Of a stretch of 64,000 nt of DNA, positions 15,003 through 24,883 are shown one piece after another. Within the stretch, counting starts at the first letter, position 1. Each line of letters begins with the position of its first letter. Below the pieces are notes generated by a model. That model was not told the DNA's origin. It was given only the letters and a program-made list of their open reading frames with translations, and did not search any database. The position numbers and the translations under genes are program-made. Source of the DNA: an uncultured delta proteobacterium (GTDB lineage Bacteria > Desulfobacterota > Binatia > HRBIN30 > BPIQ01); assembly GCA_963761335.1 (NCBI GenBank), contig CAVXGR010000018.1, forward strand, positions 352,001-416,000, written 5' to 3'.

Positions 15003-15061
15003 GCCGCCTGACCAGCGGCTCGTTCGAGTTCGCAACCATCCGCAAAATCCCGAGGAGGATC

Positions 15062-15721
15062 ATGGGTTTCGGCAGCAGAGACAAGAATCGAGTGCCGCCG
15101 CAGGGGGGCGACCAGGGGAGCGAGGACGAGCGCCTGCGGGAGAGCTCGCCGGATCTTTTGCGGCAAGCGGCCGCAGACGCGCCCCAGGGGCTAGATCCGA
15201 GCCCGGAAGAGGAGATCGCTCGTCTGCGTCAAGAGCTCTCCGAGAAAGAGGTGGAGGCGGCTGCGTGCCGCGATCAGTTCCTGCGCGAACGCGCCGAGCT
15301 GGAGAACTTCAAGAGACGCAGCCGCCGCGATCAGGCCGAGAGCCTGCGCTTCGCCTGCGAGCCCCTCATCCGCGATCTGCTGCCGGCCGTCGACAACCTG
15401 GAGCGCGCCGTACAGCACGCCGCCGGCGGAGGCAACGGCGCTCCCCTGGTCGAGGGCGTGACCCTGGTGCTCAAGTCGCTCGAGGACACCCTCCGGCGTC
15501 ACGGGGTCACCATCGTCGACGCCGCCCCGGGAGAGGTCTTCGATCCCACCCGCCACGAGGCGCTTGCCCGTGTCGAGATGGACGGCGAGCCGAACCGCAT
15601 CGTCAACCAGCACGAGCGCGGCGCTTTCCTGCACGACCGCCTGCTGCGTCCCGCCAAGGTGGTGGTTTCCTGTGCCAGGCCGGCGGCAGACGCGGTTGAA
15701 ACCCCCGGAGAGGATGATTAA
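15062..15721 (+). CDS. grpE: Nucleotide exchange factor GrpE
   Basis: RERAELENFKRR, LLPAVDNLERA, FDPTRHEA, LLRPAKVVV; GAGGAGG RBS before ATG 15062. Confidence 0.93.
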   Translation: MGFGSRDKNRVPPQGGDQGSEDERLRESSPDLLRQAAADAPQGLDPSPEEEIARLRQELSEKEVEAAACRDQFLRERAELENFKRRSRRDQAESLRFACEPLIRDLLPAVDNLERAVQHAAGGGNGAPLVEGVTLVLKSLEDTLRRHGVTIVDAAPGEVFDPTRHEALARVEMDGEPNRIVNQHERGAFLHDRLLRPAKVVVSCARPAADAVETPGEDD

Positions 15722-15778
15722 CGGCAACCATCTGCTCGTTGGACATCCAGTCGGCGGCGGGCGGACAAGGAGAAGAGA

Positions 15779-17701
15779 ATGGCAAAAGTAATTGGAATTG
15801 ATCTGGGAACCACCAACTCCTGCGTCGCGATCATGGAGGGTGGCGATCCGACCGTCATTGCGAATGCCGAGGGAGGGCGAACCACGCCCTCGGTCGTCGC
15901 CTTCACCGAGGGCGGCGAGCGCCTGGCCGGGCAGATCGCCCGGCGCCAGGCGATCACCAATCCGGAAAACACCATCTGGGCGGTGAAGCGCCTGATCGGG
16001 CGCCGCTTCGAGGACCCGGAGGTGCAGAAGGCGATCAAGATATCCCCGTACAAGATCGTCAAGGCCGACAACGGCGACGCCTGGGTGGAGGTGCGCGGCA
16101 AGAAGTACAGTCCCGCGGAGATCTCCGCCTTCATTCTGCAGAAGATGAAGCAGACCGCCGAGGACTATCTCGGCGAGAAGGTCTCCGAGGCCGTGATCAC
16201 CGTTCCCGCCTACTTCAACGACAGCCAGCGCCAGGCGACCAAGGACGCCGGCCGCATCTCCGGTCTCAACGTCCTGCGCATCATCAACGAGCCGACAGCG
16301 GCCTCCCTCGCCTACGGTCTCGACAAGAAGAAGGACGAGAAGATCGCCGTCTTCGACCTGGGCGGCGGCACCTTCGACATCTCCATCCTGGAGATCGGCG
16401 ACGGCGTCTTCGAGGTGAAGGCGACCAACGGCGACACCTTTCTCGGCGGCGAGGACTTCGACCAGCGCGTCATCGATTATCTGGCGGATGAGTTCAAGAA
16501 GGACCAGGGCATCGACCTGCGCGGCGACCGCATGGCGCTCCAGCGCCTGAAAGAGGCCGCCGAGAAGGCCAAGTGCGAGCTGTCGACGTCGATGGAGACC
16601 GACATCAATCTGCCCTTCATCACCGCCGACCAGTCGGGGCCGAAGCATCTGAACATGAAGCTCACCCGCTCGAAGCTCGAGGCCCTGGTGGCCGATCTGC
16701 TGGACAAGCTCGACGGGCCCTGCGTGACCGCCCTGCGCGATGCCGGGCTGAGCGCCGGCGAGATCAACGAGGTGGTCCTGGTCGGCGGCATGACCCGCAT
16801 GCCGGCGGTGCAGGCGCGCGTCAAGAAGATCTTCGGCAAGGAGCCGCACAAGGGCGTCAATCCCGATGAGGTCGTTGCCCTGGGCGCCGCCATTCAGGCC
16901 GGCGTGCTCAAGGGAGACGTGAAGGACGTTCTGCTCCTCGACGTGACGCCGCTGTCGCTCGGCATCGAGACGCTGGGCGGCGTCTTCACCAAGCTCATCG
17001 ACAAGAATACCACCATCCCCAGCAAGAAGAGCCAGGTGTTCTCGACGGCAGCCGACAACCAGACGGCGGTGACCATCCGGGTCTTCCAGGGCGAGCGCGA
17101 GATGGCGGCGGACAACAAGCTGCTCGGCCAGTTCGACCTGGTCGGCATTCCGCCGGCGCCGCGCGGCCTGCCGCAGGTCGAAGTCAGCTTCGACATCGAC
17201 GCCAACGGCATCGTGCACGTCAGCGCCAAGGACCTGGGCACCGGCAAGGAGCAGTCCATCCGCATCACCGCCTCGAGCGGTCTCTCCGAGCAGGAGATCA
17301 AGCAGATGGTGCGCGACGCGGAGCAGCACGCCGCCGACGACCACAAACGGCGCGAGACGGCGGAGGCGCGCAACCAGCTCGACTCGCTCGTCTACACCAC
17401 CGAGAAGTCGCTTCAGGAGCACGGCTCCGAGCTCGACGCCGGCTCGCGCGGCGACGTCGAGCAGGCTCTCGAGCGCGCCAAGAAGGCGCTCGAAGGTCAG
17501 GACGCCGCCGAGATGAAGTCCGCGGGCGAAGCTCTCACCACGGCGTCGCACAAGCTGGCCGAGGCGATCTACGCCAAGGCGAGCAAGCAGCAGGCCGGCG
17601 GCGCCCAGGGCGAGCCGCAGTCCGATGGCGGCGCGCCGCCGCAGGGCGAGGAGAAGGAGAACGTGGTCGACGCCGACTTCGAAGAGGTGAAGGGGCAGTA
17701 G
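15779..17701 (+). CDS. dnaK: Chaperone DnaK (Hsp70)
   Basis: [47 protein letters not shown]. Confidence 0.98.
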   Translation: MAKVIGIDLGTTNSCVAIMEGGDPTVIANAEGGRTTPSVVAFTEGGERLAGQIARRQAITNPENTIWAVKRLIGRRFEDPEVQKAIKISPYKIVKADNGDAWVEVRGKKYSPAEISAFILQKMKQTAEDYLGEKVSEAVITVPAYFNDSQRQATKDAGRISGLNVLRIINEPTAASLAYGLDKKKDEKIAVFDLGGGTFDISILEIGDGVFEVKATNGDTFLGGEDFDQRVIDYLADEFKKDQGIDLRGDRMALQRLKEAAEKAKCELSTSMETDINLPFITADQSGPKHLNMKLTRSKLEALVADLLDKLDGPCVTALRDAGLSAGEINEVVLVGGMTRMPAVQARVKKIFGKEPHKGVNPDEVVALGAAIQAGVLKGDVKDVLLLDVTPLSLGIETLGGVFTKLIDKNTTIPSKKSQVFSTAADNQTAVTIRVFQGEREMAADNKLLGQFDLVGIPPAPRGLPQVEVSFDIDANGIVHVSAKDLGTGKEQSIRITASSGLSEQEIKQMVRDAEQHAADDHKRRETAEARNQLDSLVYTTEKSLQEHGSELDAGSRGDVEQALERAKKALEGQDAAEMKSAGEALTTASHKLAEAIYAKASKQQAGGAQGEPQSDGGAPPQGEEKENVVDADFEEVKGQ

Positions 17702-17808
17702 TAGAGAGACGCGGCGAAATGGGGCCCCTGGGGGCGCGGCCGTCCCGGCCGCTTTTCCCCATCATATCCCGGGCTCCCCATTCTCACCGCGCCGAGCCGA
17801 ACAGACGG

Positions 17809-17848
17809 AGCCCTCCCCTCGACTGGGGGTGAGGGCTTTTGTATTCTT
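17809..17848 (+). terminator. Intrinsic terminator/attenuator between dnaK and dnaJ
   Basis: Stem AGCCCTC-CCCTC-gact-GGGGG-t-GAGGGCT followed by TTTGTATTCTT. Confidence 0.65.
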
Positions 17849-17865
17849 CGCGGTCGGAGGACAAC

Positions 17866-18984
17866 GTGGCGCAGAAGCGCGATTACTACGAGGTGCTCGG
17901 CGTCGGCCGGGGCGCCTCCGAAGAAGAGATCAAGAAGGCCTACCGCAAGCTGGCCCTCAAGTTCCATCCGGACCGCAACCCGGAGGATCATTCCGCGGAG
18001 GAGAAGTTCAAGGAGGCGTCCGAGGCGTATCAGATCCTCTGCGACGCGGACCGTCGGGCCCAGTACGATCGCTTCGGTCACGCCGCCTTCGAGCAGGGCC
18101 AGGGTGGTTTCGGCGGCTTCGATTTCGGCGGCCAGGGCTTCGAGGACATCTTCGGAGACCTCTTCGGCGATTTCTTCGGCGCCACCCGCGGCCGCGGCGG
18201 CCGACGGGCGCGGCGCGGCGAGGACCTCCGCCTCGACATCGAGCTCACCTTCGAGGAGGCGGCCTTCGGCACCGAGAAGGTGGTGCAGGTGCCGCGCCTG
18301 GCGACCTGCGGCGAATGCGCGGGAAAGGGAACGCGCAAAGGAAGCGAGCGGGTCACCTGCACCGCCTGTCACGGCAGCGGCCAGATTCGTTTTCAGCAGG
18401 GGTTCTTCAGCATTGCCAAGACCTGCGGCCAGTGCGGCGGCCAGGGCTCGACAATCAAAGATCCGTGCACCACCTGCGGCGGTGCCGGTATGGTCCGCGA
18501 GACGCAGAAGCTGAACGTGAAGATTCCGGCGGGCGTGGATACCGGCTCGCGGCTCAAGCTGCGGGGAGAGGGGGCCGCCGGGCCGAACGGAGGCGCCAAC
18601 GGCGACCTCTACGTGATCATCAGCGTTGCCGAGCATCCGTTCTTCCGGCGCCAAGAGAGCGAGATCATCTGCGACGTGCCGATCAGCTTTGCGCAGGCGG
18701 CGCTCGGCGCCGACATCGAGGTGCCGACCCTCCAGGGCAAGGTGAAGATGAAGATCCCCGCTGGCACCCAGTCGGGAGCGGTTTTCCGCCTGCGCGGCAA
18801 AGGCCTGCCCGATCCCCGCGGCTACGCGCACGGAGACGAGCTGGTGCACGTGATGGTCGAGACGCCGCGGCGATTGACTTCACGGCAGCGCGAGCTCCTC
18901 GAGGAGTTCGCCCGCATCGAGGGAGACGAGGTCAGCCCGATGTCGAAGGGCTTCTTCGACAAGGTGAAGGAAATATTCGAATGA
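17866..18984 (+). CDS. dnaJ: Chaperone DnaJ
   Basis: [11 protein letters not shown] motif, G/F-rich region, four CxxCxGxG repeats; GTG start after GGAGG. Confidence 0.97.
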   Translation: MAQKRDYYEVLGVGRGASEEEIKKAYRKLALKFHPDRNPEDHSAEEKFKEASEAYQILCDADRRAQYDRFGHAAFEQGQGGFGGFDFGGQGFEDIFGDLFGDFFGATRGRGGRRARRGEDLRLDIELTFEEAAFGTEKVVQVPRLATCGECAGKGTRKGSERVTCTACHGSGQIRFQQGFFSIAKTCGQCGGQGSTIKDPCTTCGGAGMVRETQKLNVKIPAGVDTGSRLKLRGEGAAGPNGGANGDLYVIISVAEHPFFRRQESEIICDVPISFAQAALGADIEVPTLQGKVKMKIPAGTQSGAVFRLRGKGLPDPRGYAHGDELVHVMVETPRRLTSRQRELLEEFARIEGDEVSPMSKGFFDKVKEIFE

Positions 18985-18994
18985 GTGGCGGCCC

Positions 18995-20668
18995 GTGCTG
19001 AACCGCTGGCGGCCGCTCGTCGCGCTTCTCCTGCTCTTCGCCATGGCGGCTTGCGCGCGGCCGCACGAATCCTGGCGCGAGCCCGATCTTCCTCCTCTGC
19101 TGCGGCGCGCCGACGCCGCTTTCCAGCGCCGCGACTATCCCGAGGCGGCCCGCCTGTACGGCTACTTCCTGCAGTACGACCCGCCCGACGAGCTCGTGCC
19201 GCAGGCGATGTACCGCTTGGCGCAAGCGCATTTCCGCCAGCAGCAGTACGAGCCGGCGCGCGCGGTTCTCGACGATCTGCGCGATCGATATCCGGAGCAG
19301 AGCTGGGCGCAGGTGATGGCCCTCTACGGTGATATCGAGGAGCAGGAGGGCAGGGAGGTGACGGCGCTTCTCTGGTGGGATCGCGCCTGGAAGCTCGCGG
19401 CGGAGGGAGAGCGGCGCGAGCTGACGTCGCGCATCACCACCGCGGTTGCCGCGATGCCCGCGGAGGAGCGCCGGCAGGCGCGCGCCGTGATCACCTCGGC
19501 CGAGGTGCAGCGGGCTCTCGACGAAGCCCCGCCGCCGCCGCGTCATCGCAGCACCCCCGCGGCCGTAGAGCCGCAGGCCACGCCGCCGCTGCCATCGCTG
19601 GCGCTCTCGGCGAGGGCGCGGGTCGGCGTGCTGCTGCCGCTGAGCGGGCCGTACCAGAACGTCGGCGAGCACTCGCTGCAGGGCATTCGCCTGGCATTCG
19701 CGGAGCACGAAGACCAGCTCGAGGTCCGCGATACGGCTGGAGACTCCGCCGCGGGTGTGAAGGCACTCGACGATCTTCTCGCCGACCCCGCCGTGGTCGC
19801 CGTCATCGGGCCGCTGCGCAGCGCGGTGGCGGCGGCGGTGGCGCCGCGCGCCGAGAGCGCCGCTCTGCCCCTGCTGCTGCTCTCGCAACGCGAGGGGCTG
19901 AGCGGCAACTTCGTCCTGCAGACCGGGATGACGCGCACCCTGCAGGCGGACACCCTGGTGTCCTACGTGGTGCGCCGCCTCGGCCTGACGCACCTCGGTG
20001 TCTTCTATCCGCGCGATTCCTACGGAAAGGACTTCGCCACCGCCTTCCGCGACGCGGCGCAGCGCGCCGGGGCACAGATCGTCGGCCTCGAGTCCTACGA
20101 TCCCCGCCAGCCGGACACCGGCGTTCTGATCGCGCAGGCGAAGGCCTGGGACGGAGCGGCGCGCCTCGATGCGCTCTTCGTTCCGGACTCCGCGGACGCG
20201 GTGGCTCGCATCGGCCCGTACCTGCGCGAGCAGCTCCCTCACGTCGTCCTTCTGGGCACCAGCTCGTGGAACGAGCCCGGCGTCCTCGCCGGCGTGGCCA
20301 ACGCTCTCGACGGTGCGGTGTTCGTAGACGGCTTCTTCATGCAGAGCAGCCGCCCCGCCACTCGCATTTTCAGCGATCGCTCGCTGGCCCGCTACGGCAC
20401 GCCCGCCGACATCCTCGGCGCCCAGGCGTTCGACGCTGCGTCTCTGGTGTCGTCGGTCCTGGCGAGAGGGGCGCACACGCGCGCCGACGTGCAGCGATCG
20501 CTTCGCGATTTCGGTCTCTATCGCGGCGCCTCGGGGGATATCCAGCTCAGCCGCGGTGAGGTGCATCGCGGGCTCTTTCTGCTCCGCCTGCACCAGGGCG
20601 CCGTGGAGGAGATCGGTGCTTCGGCGGCACCGAGCGTCGAGATGCGCCCCGGCGCGGCGGTGTTTTGA
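18995..20668 (+). CDS. Lipoprotein, LpoA-like penicillin-binding protein activator with an N-terminal TPR (BamD-like) region
   Basis: Lipobox-like MAAC; TPR-like helices; periplasmic binding type I fold with VGVLLPLSG, VIGPL, ALFVPD, AQAFDA. Confidence 0.7.
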   Translation: MLNRWRPLVALLLLFAMAACARPHESWREPDLPPLLRRADAAFQRRDYPEAARLYGYFLQYDPPDELVPQAMYRLAQAHFRQQQYEPARAVLDDLRDRYPEQSWAQVMALYGDIEEQEGREVTALLWWDRAWKLAAEGERRELTSRITTAVAAMPAEERRQARAVITSAEVQRALDEAPPPPRHRSTPAAVEPQATPPLPSLALSARARVGVLLPLSGPYQNVGEHSLQGIRLAFAEHEDQLEVRDTAGDSAAGVKALDDLLADPAVVAVIGPLRSAVAAAVAPRAESAALPLLLLSQREGLSGNFVLQTGMTRTLQADTLVSYVVRRLGLTHLGVFYPRDSYGKDFATAFRDAAQRAGAQIVGLESYDPRQPDTGVLIAQAKAWDGAARLDALFVPDSADAVARIGPYLREQLPHVVLLGTSSWNEPGVLAGVANALDGAVFVDGFFMQSSRPATRIFSDRSLARYGTPADILGAQAFDAASLVSSVLARGAHTRADVQRSLRDFGLYRGASGDIQLSRGEVHRGLFLLRLHQGAVEEIGASAAPSVEMRPGAAVF

Positions 20669-20677
20669 GAGGGACGC

Positions 20678-21685
20678 GTGGCCACGGGCCAACGACGATC
20701 GCTTGCGGCGGTGGGAGAGTTCGGCGCCCTACGCCGACTGCTGCCGGAGCTGGGCGGCGGTCGGGGCGTCATCGTCGGCCCCGGGGACGACTGCGCCGTC
20801 GTGCGCGGCGGCGAGCGCTTGCTGCTGACCACGGATGTGCTGGTGGAGGGCGTCCACTTCGAGCGCTCCTGGCAGACGGCGACCGAGCTCGGGGCCAAGG
20901 CGGTGGCCGTCAACCTGAGCGATATTGCCGCCATGGGCGGTGAACCCCGCTACTGTCTGATGAGCATCGGCGTTCCCGGCAGCTACCCGTTTGCCGACAT
21001 GCGCGCCCTGCACCGCGGCGCGCAGCGCGCCGCCCGCGGCGCCGGCGCCTCGTTCGTGGGTGGCAACGTCTCGGCGGCCGAGAAGATCTTCATCTCCATC
21101 GCCGTCGTGGGCACCGCACCCCAGCGTCCGGCCCTGCGGCGCGGCGCCCGCAGCGGCGATTTCATCTTCGTCACCGGCACTCTCGGCGATGCGGCTGCGG
21201 GCCTGCGTCTGCTCCGCTCCGGGCATCGGCAGGGGAGCGCGGCGCGGGCCTTGGTGCGCCGCTTCATCGCTCCGACCCCGCGGCTCGAGGCCGGGCGCCG
21301 CCTGGTGAAGGCCGGGTTGGTGTCGTCGATGATCGACATCAGCGACGGCCTGGTGCAGGACCTCGGCCACGTCTGCGAGAGCAGTGGCCTCGGAGCGGTG
21401 GTGCTGAAGACCTTCATGCCGCTCTCCGCGGCCTACACGCGTACCATCGGTGACGATCCGGCGCTGGCCCTGTGCGGCGGCGAGGACTACGAGCTGCTCT
21501 TCACCGTGCCCGGAGCCAAGGTCGATCGGCTGCGCCGGCTGGCGCCGCGCCTCGAGTGCGGGCTGCGCTTCATCGGCCAGATGGTCACTCGCCCACTCGG
21601 GGTGCGCATCCAGGAGCGCAGCGGCAAGCTCACCACGCCGCGTGCCGGCGGGCATCAGCACTTTCAGCTCTCGTCCGGCTCTTGA
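20678..21685 (+). CDS. thiL: Thiamine-monophosphate kinase
   Basis: GEF, GDDCAV, TDVLVEGVHF, NLSDIAAMGG, MIDISDGL, GGEDYELLF. Confidence 0.93.
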   Translation: MATGQRRSLAAVGEFGALRRLLPELGGGRGVIVGPGDDCAVVRGGERLLLTTDVLVEGVHFERSWQTATELGAKAVAVNLSDIAAMGGEPRYCLMSIGVPGSYPFADMRALHRGAQRAARGAGASFVGGNVSAAEKIFISIAVVGTAPQRPALRRGARSGDFIFVTGTLGDAAAGLRLLRSGHRQGSAARALVRRFIAPTPRLEAGRRLVKAGLVSSMIDISDGLVQDLGHVCESSGLGAVVLKTFMPLSAAYTRTIGDDPALALCGGEDYELLFTVPGAKVDRLRRLAPRLECGLRFIGQMVTRPLGVRIQERSGKLTTPRAGGHQHFQLSSGS

Positions 21686-21710
21686 CGCCGGCGAGGGCCG
21701 CGATCATGGT
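21682..21710 (+). promoter_or_regulatory. sigma-70-type promoter implying a leaderless larB mRNA
   Basis: TTGACG-N17-CATGGT; ATG lies 6 nt after the -10; no Shine-Dalgarno. Confidence 0.5.
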
Positions 21711-21716
21711 TCGGCC

Positions 21717-22469
21717 ATGGAGCGCGGACGCCTGCGAGATCTCCTGCGACAGGTCAGCGACGGGGACGTTTCCGTCGACGATGCCCTCGACAGCCTTGCG
21801 GTTCTGCCCTTCGAGGACCTCGGCTTTGCCAAGATCGACCACCACCGCTCTCTCCGCGTGGGCATGCCGGAGGTGATTTTCGGGGCCGGGAAAACGGGGA
21901 CGCAGATCGCGGCCATCGCCCGCCGCCTCCTCGACAGCAGCGTCAACCTGTTGATCACCCGCCTCGATGCCGAGCGCGCCGCCGAAGTGCGGCGCGCCAT
22001 TCCCGAGCTGCGTTACGACGAGCAGTCGCGTCTTGGCAGCGTGGTGCAGAAGGTCGCCTCGGTGGCGGTGCGCGGCACCATTTGCGTGATCTCCGCCGGC
22101 ACCTCGGATCTTCCGGTCGCCGAAGAGGCCGCCTCGACCGCCGAGCTGATGGGCAACCCCGTCGAGCGCCTGCACGACGTGGGTATCTCCGGGATCCACC
22201 GGCTGCTGGCCTTCCAGCAGCAGATCCGCCGGGCGGCGGTGCTGATCGTCGTGGCCGGCATGGAGGGCGCTCTCCCCAGCGTCGTCGGCGGCCTCGTCGA
22301 GCGTCCGGTGATCGCCGTGCCGACCAGCATCGGCTACGGAGCCAGCTTCGGCGGCCTCGCGGCGCTGCTCGCCATGCTGAACTCCTGCGCCGCCGGGATC
22401 ACCGTCGTCAACATCGACAACGGATTCGGCGCCGGCGTCGCCGCCAGCATCATCAACCGCGCCGAGTGA
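21717..22469 (+). CDS. larB: LarB (nickel-pincer cofactor biosynthesis; PurE/AIR-carboxylase-like)
   Basis: FAKIDHHR..R.G.PEVIFG.GK, AGTSDLPVAEEA, AGMEGALPSV, PTSIGYG, VVNIDNGFGA. Confidence 0.9.
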   Translation: MERGRLRDLLRQVSDGDVSVDDALDSLAVLPFEDLGFAKIDHHRSLRVGMPEVIFGAGKTGTQIAAIARRLLDSSVNLLITRLDAERAAEVRRAIPELRYDEQSRLGSVVQKVASVAVRGTICVISAGTSDLPVAEEAASTAELMGNPVERLHDVGISGIHRLLAFQQQIRRAAVLIVVAGMEGALPSVVGGLVERPVIAVPTSIGYGASFGGLAALLAMLNSCAAGITVVNIDNGFGAGVAASIINRAE

Positions 22470-22489
22470 GGGTCCCATCGGATCGGTCC

Positions 22490-23749
22490 ATGCGCGCTCT
22501 CGTCTTCGACCACAGCTTGCCGCGCCTGGTGGCCACCAAGATGCTCGCCTCGCTTACTCCCCGGGCCTTCGTCGGGCCGCTGGCGCCGATGCAGATGCGG
22601 GAGCTGCCCGACCCGGTTCCTCCCGCCGACGACTGGGTGGTGGTCCGCACCGCCCTGTGCGGCCTGTGCGGCAGCGATTACAAGCAGGTGTTTCTCAACG
22701 GTCGCATCGACAACCCGATGACGGCCCTGGTCTCGTTTCCGCAAGTGCTCGGGCACGAGATCGTCGGCACCATCGAGAGCGTCGGGCCGGCGGTCACCCG
22801 TCGTCGCGTCGGTGAGCGGGTGGTGGTGAACCCGTGGCTGTCGTGCGCGCCGCGGGGCATCCGGCCGCCGTGCGCGGCCTGTGCGGCGGGCGATCTGTCG
22901 CTGTGCGAGAACTTTGCCCGCGGCCATCTGGCACGCGGTATCCACACCGGCAACAGCTCCACGGCCACCGGAGGCTTCGCACCGCTGCTGCCGGCGCATG
23001 AGTCGATGTGCTTTCCGCTGCCGCCTGAGGTCTCCTTCGAAACCGCGGTGCTCGCCGATCCGTTCTCGGTCTCCTTCCACGCAGTGATCCGCAATCCGCC
23101 TCCCGAAGGGGGCACGGCTCTGGTGTATGGCTGCGGCACGCTCGGACTGCTGTCGATCGCCATTCTGCGGCGCCTTTATCCGGGGATGCGCATCGGTGCA
23201 GTCGCGCGTTACCCACATCAGCGTCGGCTGGCGCAGCAGTTGGGCGCCGGCGAGGTTTTCGACTGGCGTCCCACTGGTCGTCTCATCGAGGAGGTGGCGA
23301 CCTGGTGCGGTGCCGAAGTGCTGCGCCCCTGGAACGGCCAGCCGATGCTCAACGGCGGTGTCGGCGTCATCTACGACTCGGTGGGTTCGGCGGAGTCGCT
23401 GGAGGTCGGTGTGCGCGTCGCCCGCCCCCGCTCGCGTATCGTGGTGACCGGAGTGGAGATCCCGCGCAAGTTCGAGTGGACGCCGATGTACTTCAAGGAG
23501 ATCTCGCTAGTGGGATCCAACGCCTTCGCGGTGGAGGAGTACGGAGGGCGGCGCCAGCACGCCATGGAGTGGTACCTGGAGCTGGCGCGCTCGGGAGATG
23601 TCGATTTGAACGCGCTTCTCACCCATCGCTTTGCTCTCGTCGACTACCGCGAGGCCTTCATGGCCTGCTACGACCAGGGGCGCAGCGGTGCGGTGAAGGT
23701 GCTGTTCGACTTTCGTCAGGAGGCGGGAAGCTCACTCGCCGGGCGTTGA
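22490..23749 (+). CDS. Zinc-binding medium-chain alcohol dehydrogenase
   Basis: GLCGSD, GHE, structural Zn Cys cluster (C...CAAC...C), GCGTLG Rossmann motif. Confidence 0.85.
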   Translation: MRALVFDHSLPRLVATKMLASLTPRAFVGPLAPMQMRELPDPVPPADDWVVVRTALCGLCGSDYKQVFLNGRIDNPMTALVSFPQVLGHEIVGTIESVGPAVTRRRVGERVVVNPWLSCAPRGIRPPCAACAAGDLSLCENFARGHLARGIHTGNSSTATGGFAPLLPAHESMCFPLPPEVSFETAVLADPFSVSFHAVIRNPPPEGGTALVYGCGTLGLLSIAILRRLYPGMRIGAVARYPHQRRLAQQLGAGEVFDWRPTGRLIEEVATWCGAEVLRPWNGQPMLNGGVGVIYDSVGSAESLEVGVRVARPRSRIVVTGVEIPRKFEWTPMYFKEISLVGSNAFAVEEYGGRRQHAMEWYLELARSGDVDLNALLTHRFALVDYREAFMACYDQGRSGAVKVLFDFRQEAGSSLAGR

Positions 23750-23867
23750 CGCCTCGGCCAAAGCGGCATCCCCCCGCAGCTGAAGCGCGCGTCTTCTGCC
23801 CGATCGTGGAAAGGGCGCCCGCTCTCCCGGATTGCTTCGGCGGCGGAGGCGGCGTACTGCGATTTCC

Positions 23868-24638
23868 ATGAGCGATCCGGTCAAGCATAAGGTTCAGGAG
23901 CAGTTCGGTCGCGCCGCCGCGGCCTATGTCACCAGCGAGATCCACGCCCTCGGCGAGAGCCTCGGGCTGTTGCTCCGGGAGGTCCAGCCACAGCCCGACT
24001 GGGAAGCGGTGGATGTCGCCACCGGCGCCGGGCACTGCGCCCTGGCCTTCGCTCCCCGCGTGGGCTCGATGATCGCCGCCGATCTGACCGAGGCCATGCT
24101 GGAGACCACGGCGCGCCTGGCGGCCGAGCGCGGCGTTGCGAATCTCAGCACACGCCGGGCCGACGCCGAGGATCTGCCCTTTGCCGACGGCTCCGCGGAC
24201 CTGGTCACCTGCCGACTCGCCTTTCACCATTTTCCACATCCGGGACTCGCCATGGCCGAGATGGCCCGTGTGCTGCGCCCCGGCGGCCGCCTGGGATTCA
24301 CCGACAACATCGTCGTGCAGGACGCGGCCTCGGCGGAGCATTACAACGCCTTCGAGAGGCTGCGCGATCCGTCGCATCACGAGGTGCTGCCGCTGGCACG
24401 GCTTCTCGATCTGGTCGAGGGCACCGGACTGCACGTCCTCTCCACGCGTCGGCTCAGCAAGGAGATGGAGTTTGGCGATTGGTGTGACCGCCAGCAGGTC
24501 TCCGCTGGCGATCGCCGCCTCCTCTTGCAGATGGCGCGCCAGCTTCCCGCGCCGCTGGTGCCACTTCTCCGTCCCCGCTGGGCGGACGAGACTCTCCACT
24601 TCACCCTTTGGGAGGTGGTTTTGGTCGCCGAGAAGTAG
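23868..24638 (+). CDS. Class I SAM-dependent methyltransferase (UbiE-like)
   Basis: VDVATGAG, DAEDLPF, AFHHFP, RVLRPGG, RDPSH. Confidence 0.85.
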   Translation: MSDPVKHKVQEQFGRAAAAYVTSEIHALGESLGLLLREVQPQPDWEAVDVATGAGHCALAFAPRVGSMIAADLTEAMLETTARLAAERGVANLSTRRADAEDLPFADGSADLVTCRLAFHHFPHPGLAMAEMARVLRPGGRLGFTDNIVVQDAASAEHYNAFERLRDPSHHEVLPLARLLDLVEGTGLHVLSTRRLSKEMEFGDWCDRQQVSAGDRRLLLQMARQLPAPLVPLLRPRWADETLHFTLWEVVLVAEK

Positions 24639-24845
24639 GAGCAGTAGATCGGCAGCGCCGGTGTCCGGTCGCTCGGTTCCTGCCCTCTCGCTTGCTCTTT
24701 CGCATGTAACGGCGCAACCCGGAGAACGGAGCTTTTCGTCGAGCCGAATCAGGCGCCAAACCGGTCCCACCTGGAATAGCGCTTTCTTGTCACCTGCCAC
24801 GACGGAGTTCCTCCTGTTCCACTGCGGGGAAGGCGGATCGGCGAT

Positions 24846-24861
24846 GGGCACACGCCTTGCT
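24846..24861 (+). promoter_or_regulatory. candidate sigma-54 promoter of the second PilB-like gene
   Basis: GGGCACACGCCTTGCT = GG-N10-GC with GGCAC and TTGCT, 22 nt upstream of ATG 24884. Confidence 0.65.
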
Positions 24862-24883
24862 CTTTGCCCCTGGACGAGGAGCG

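Noticed and set aside
14945..15061. CIRCE/HAIR heat-shock operators
   Set aside because: No match to TTAGCACTC-N9-GAGTGCTAA or CTTGAGT-N7-ACTCAAG.
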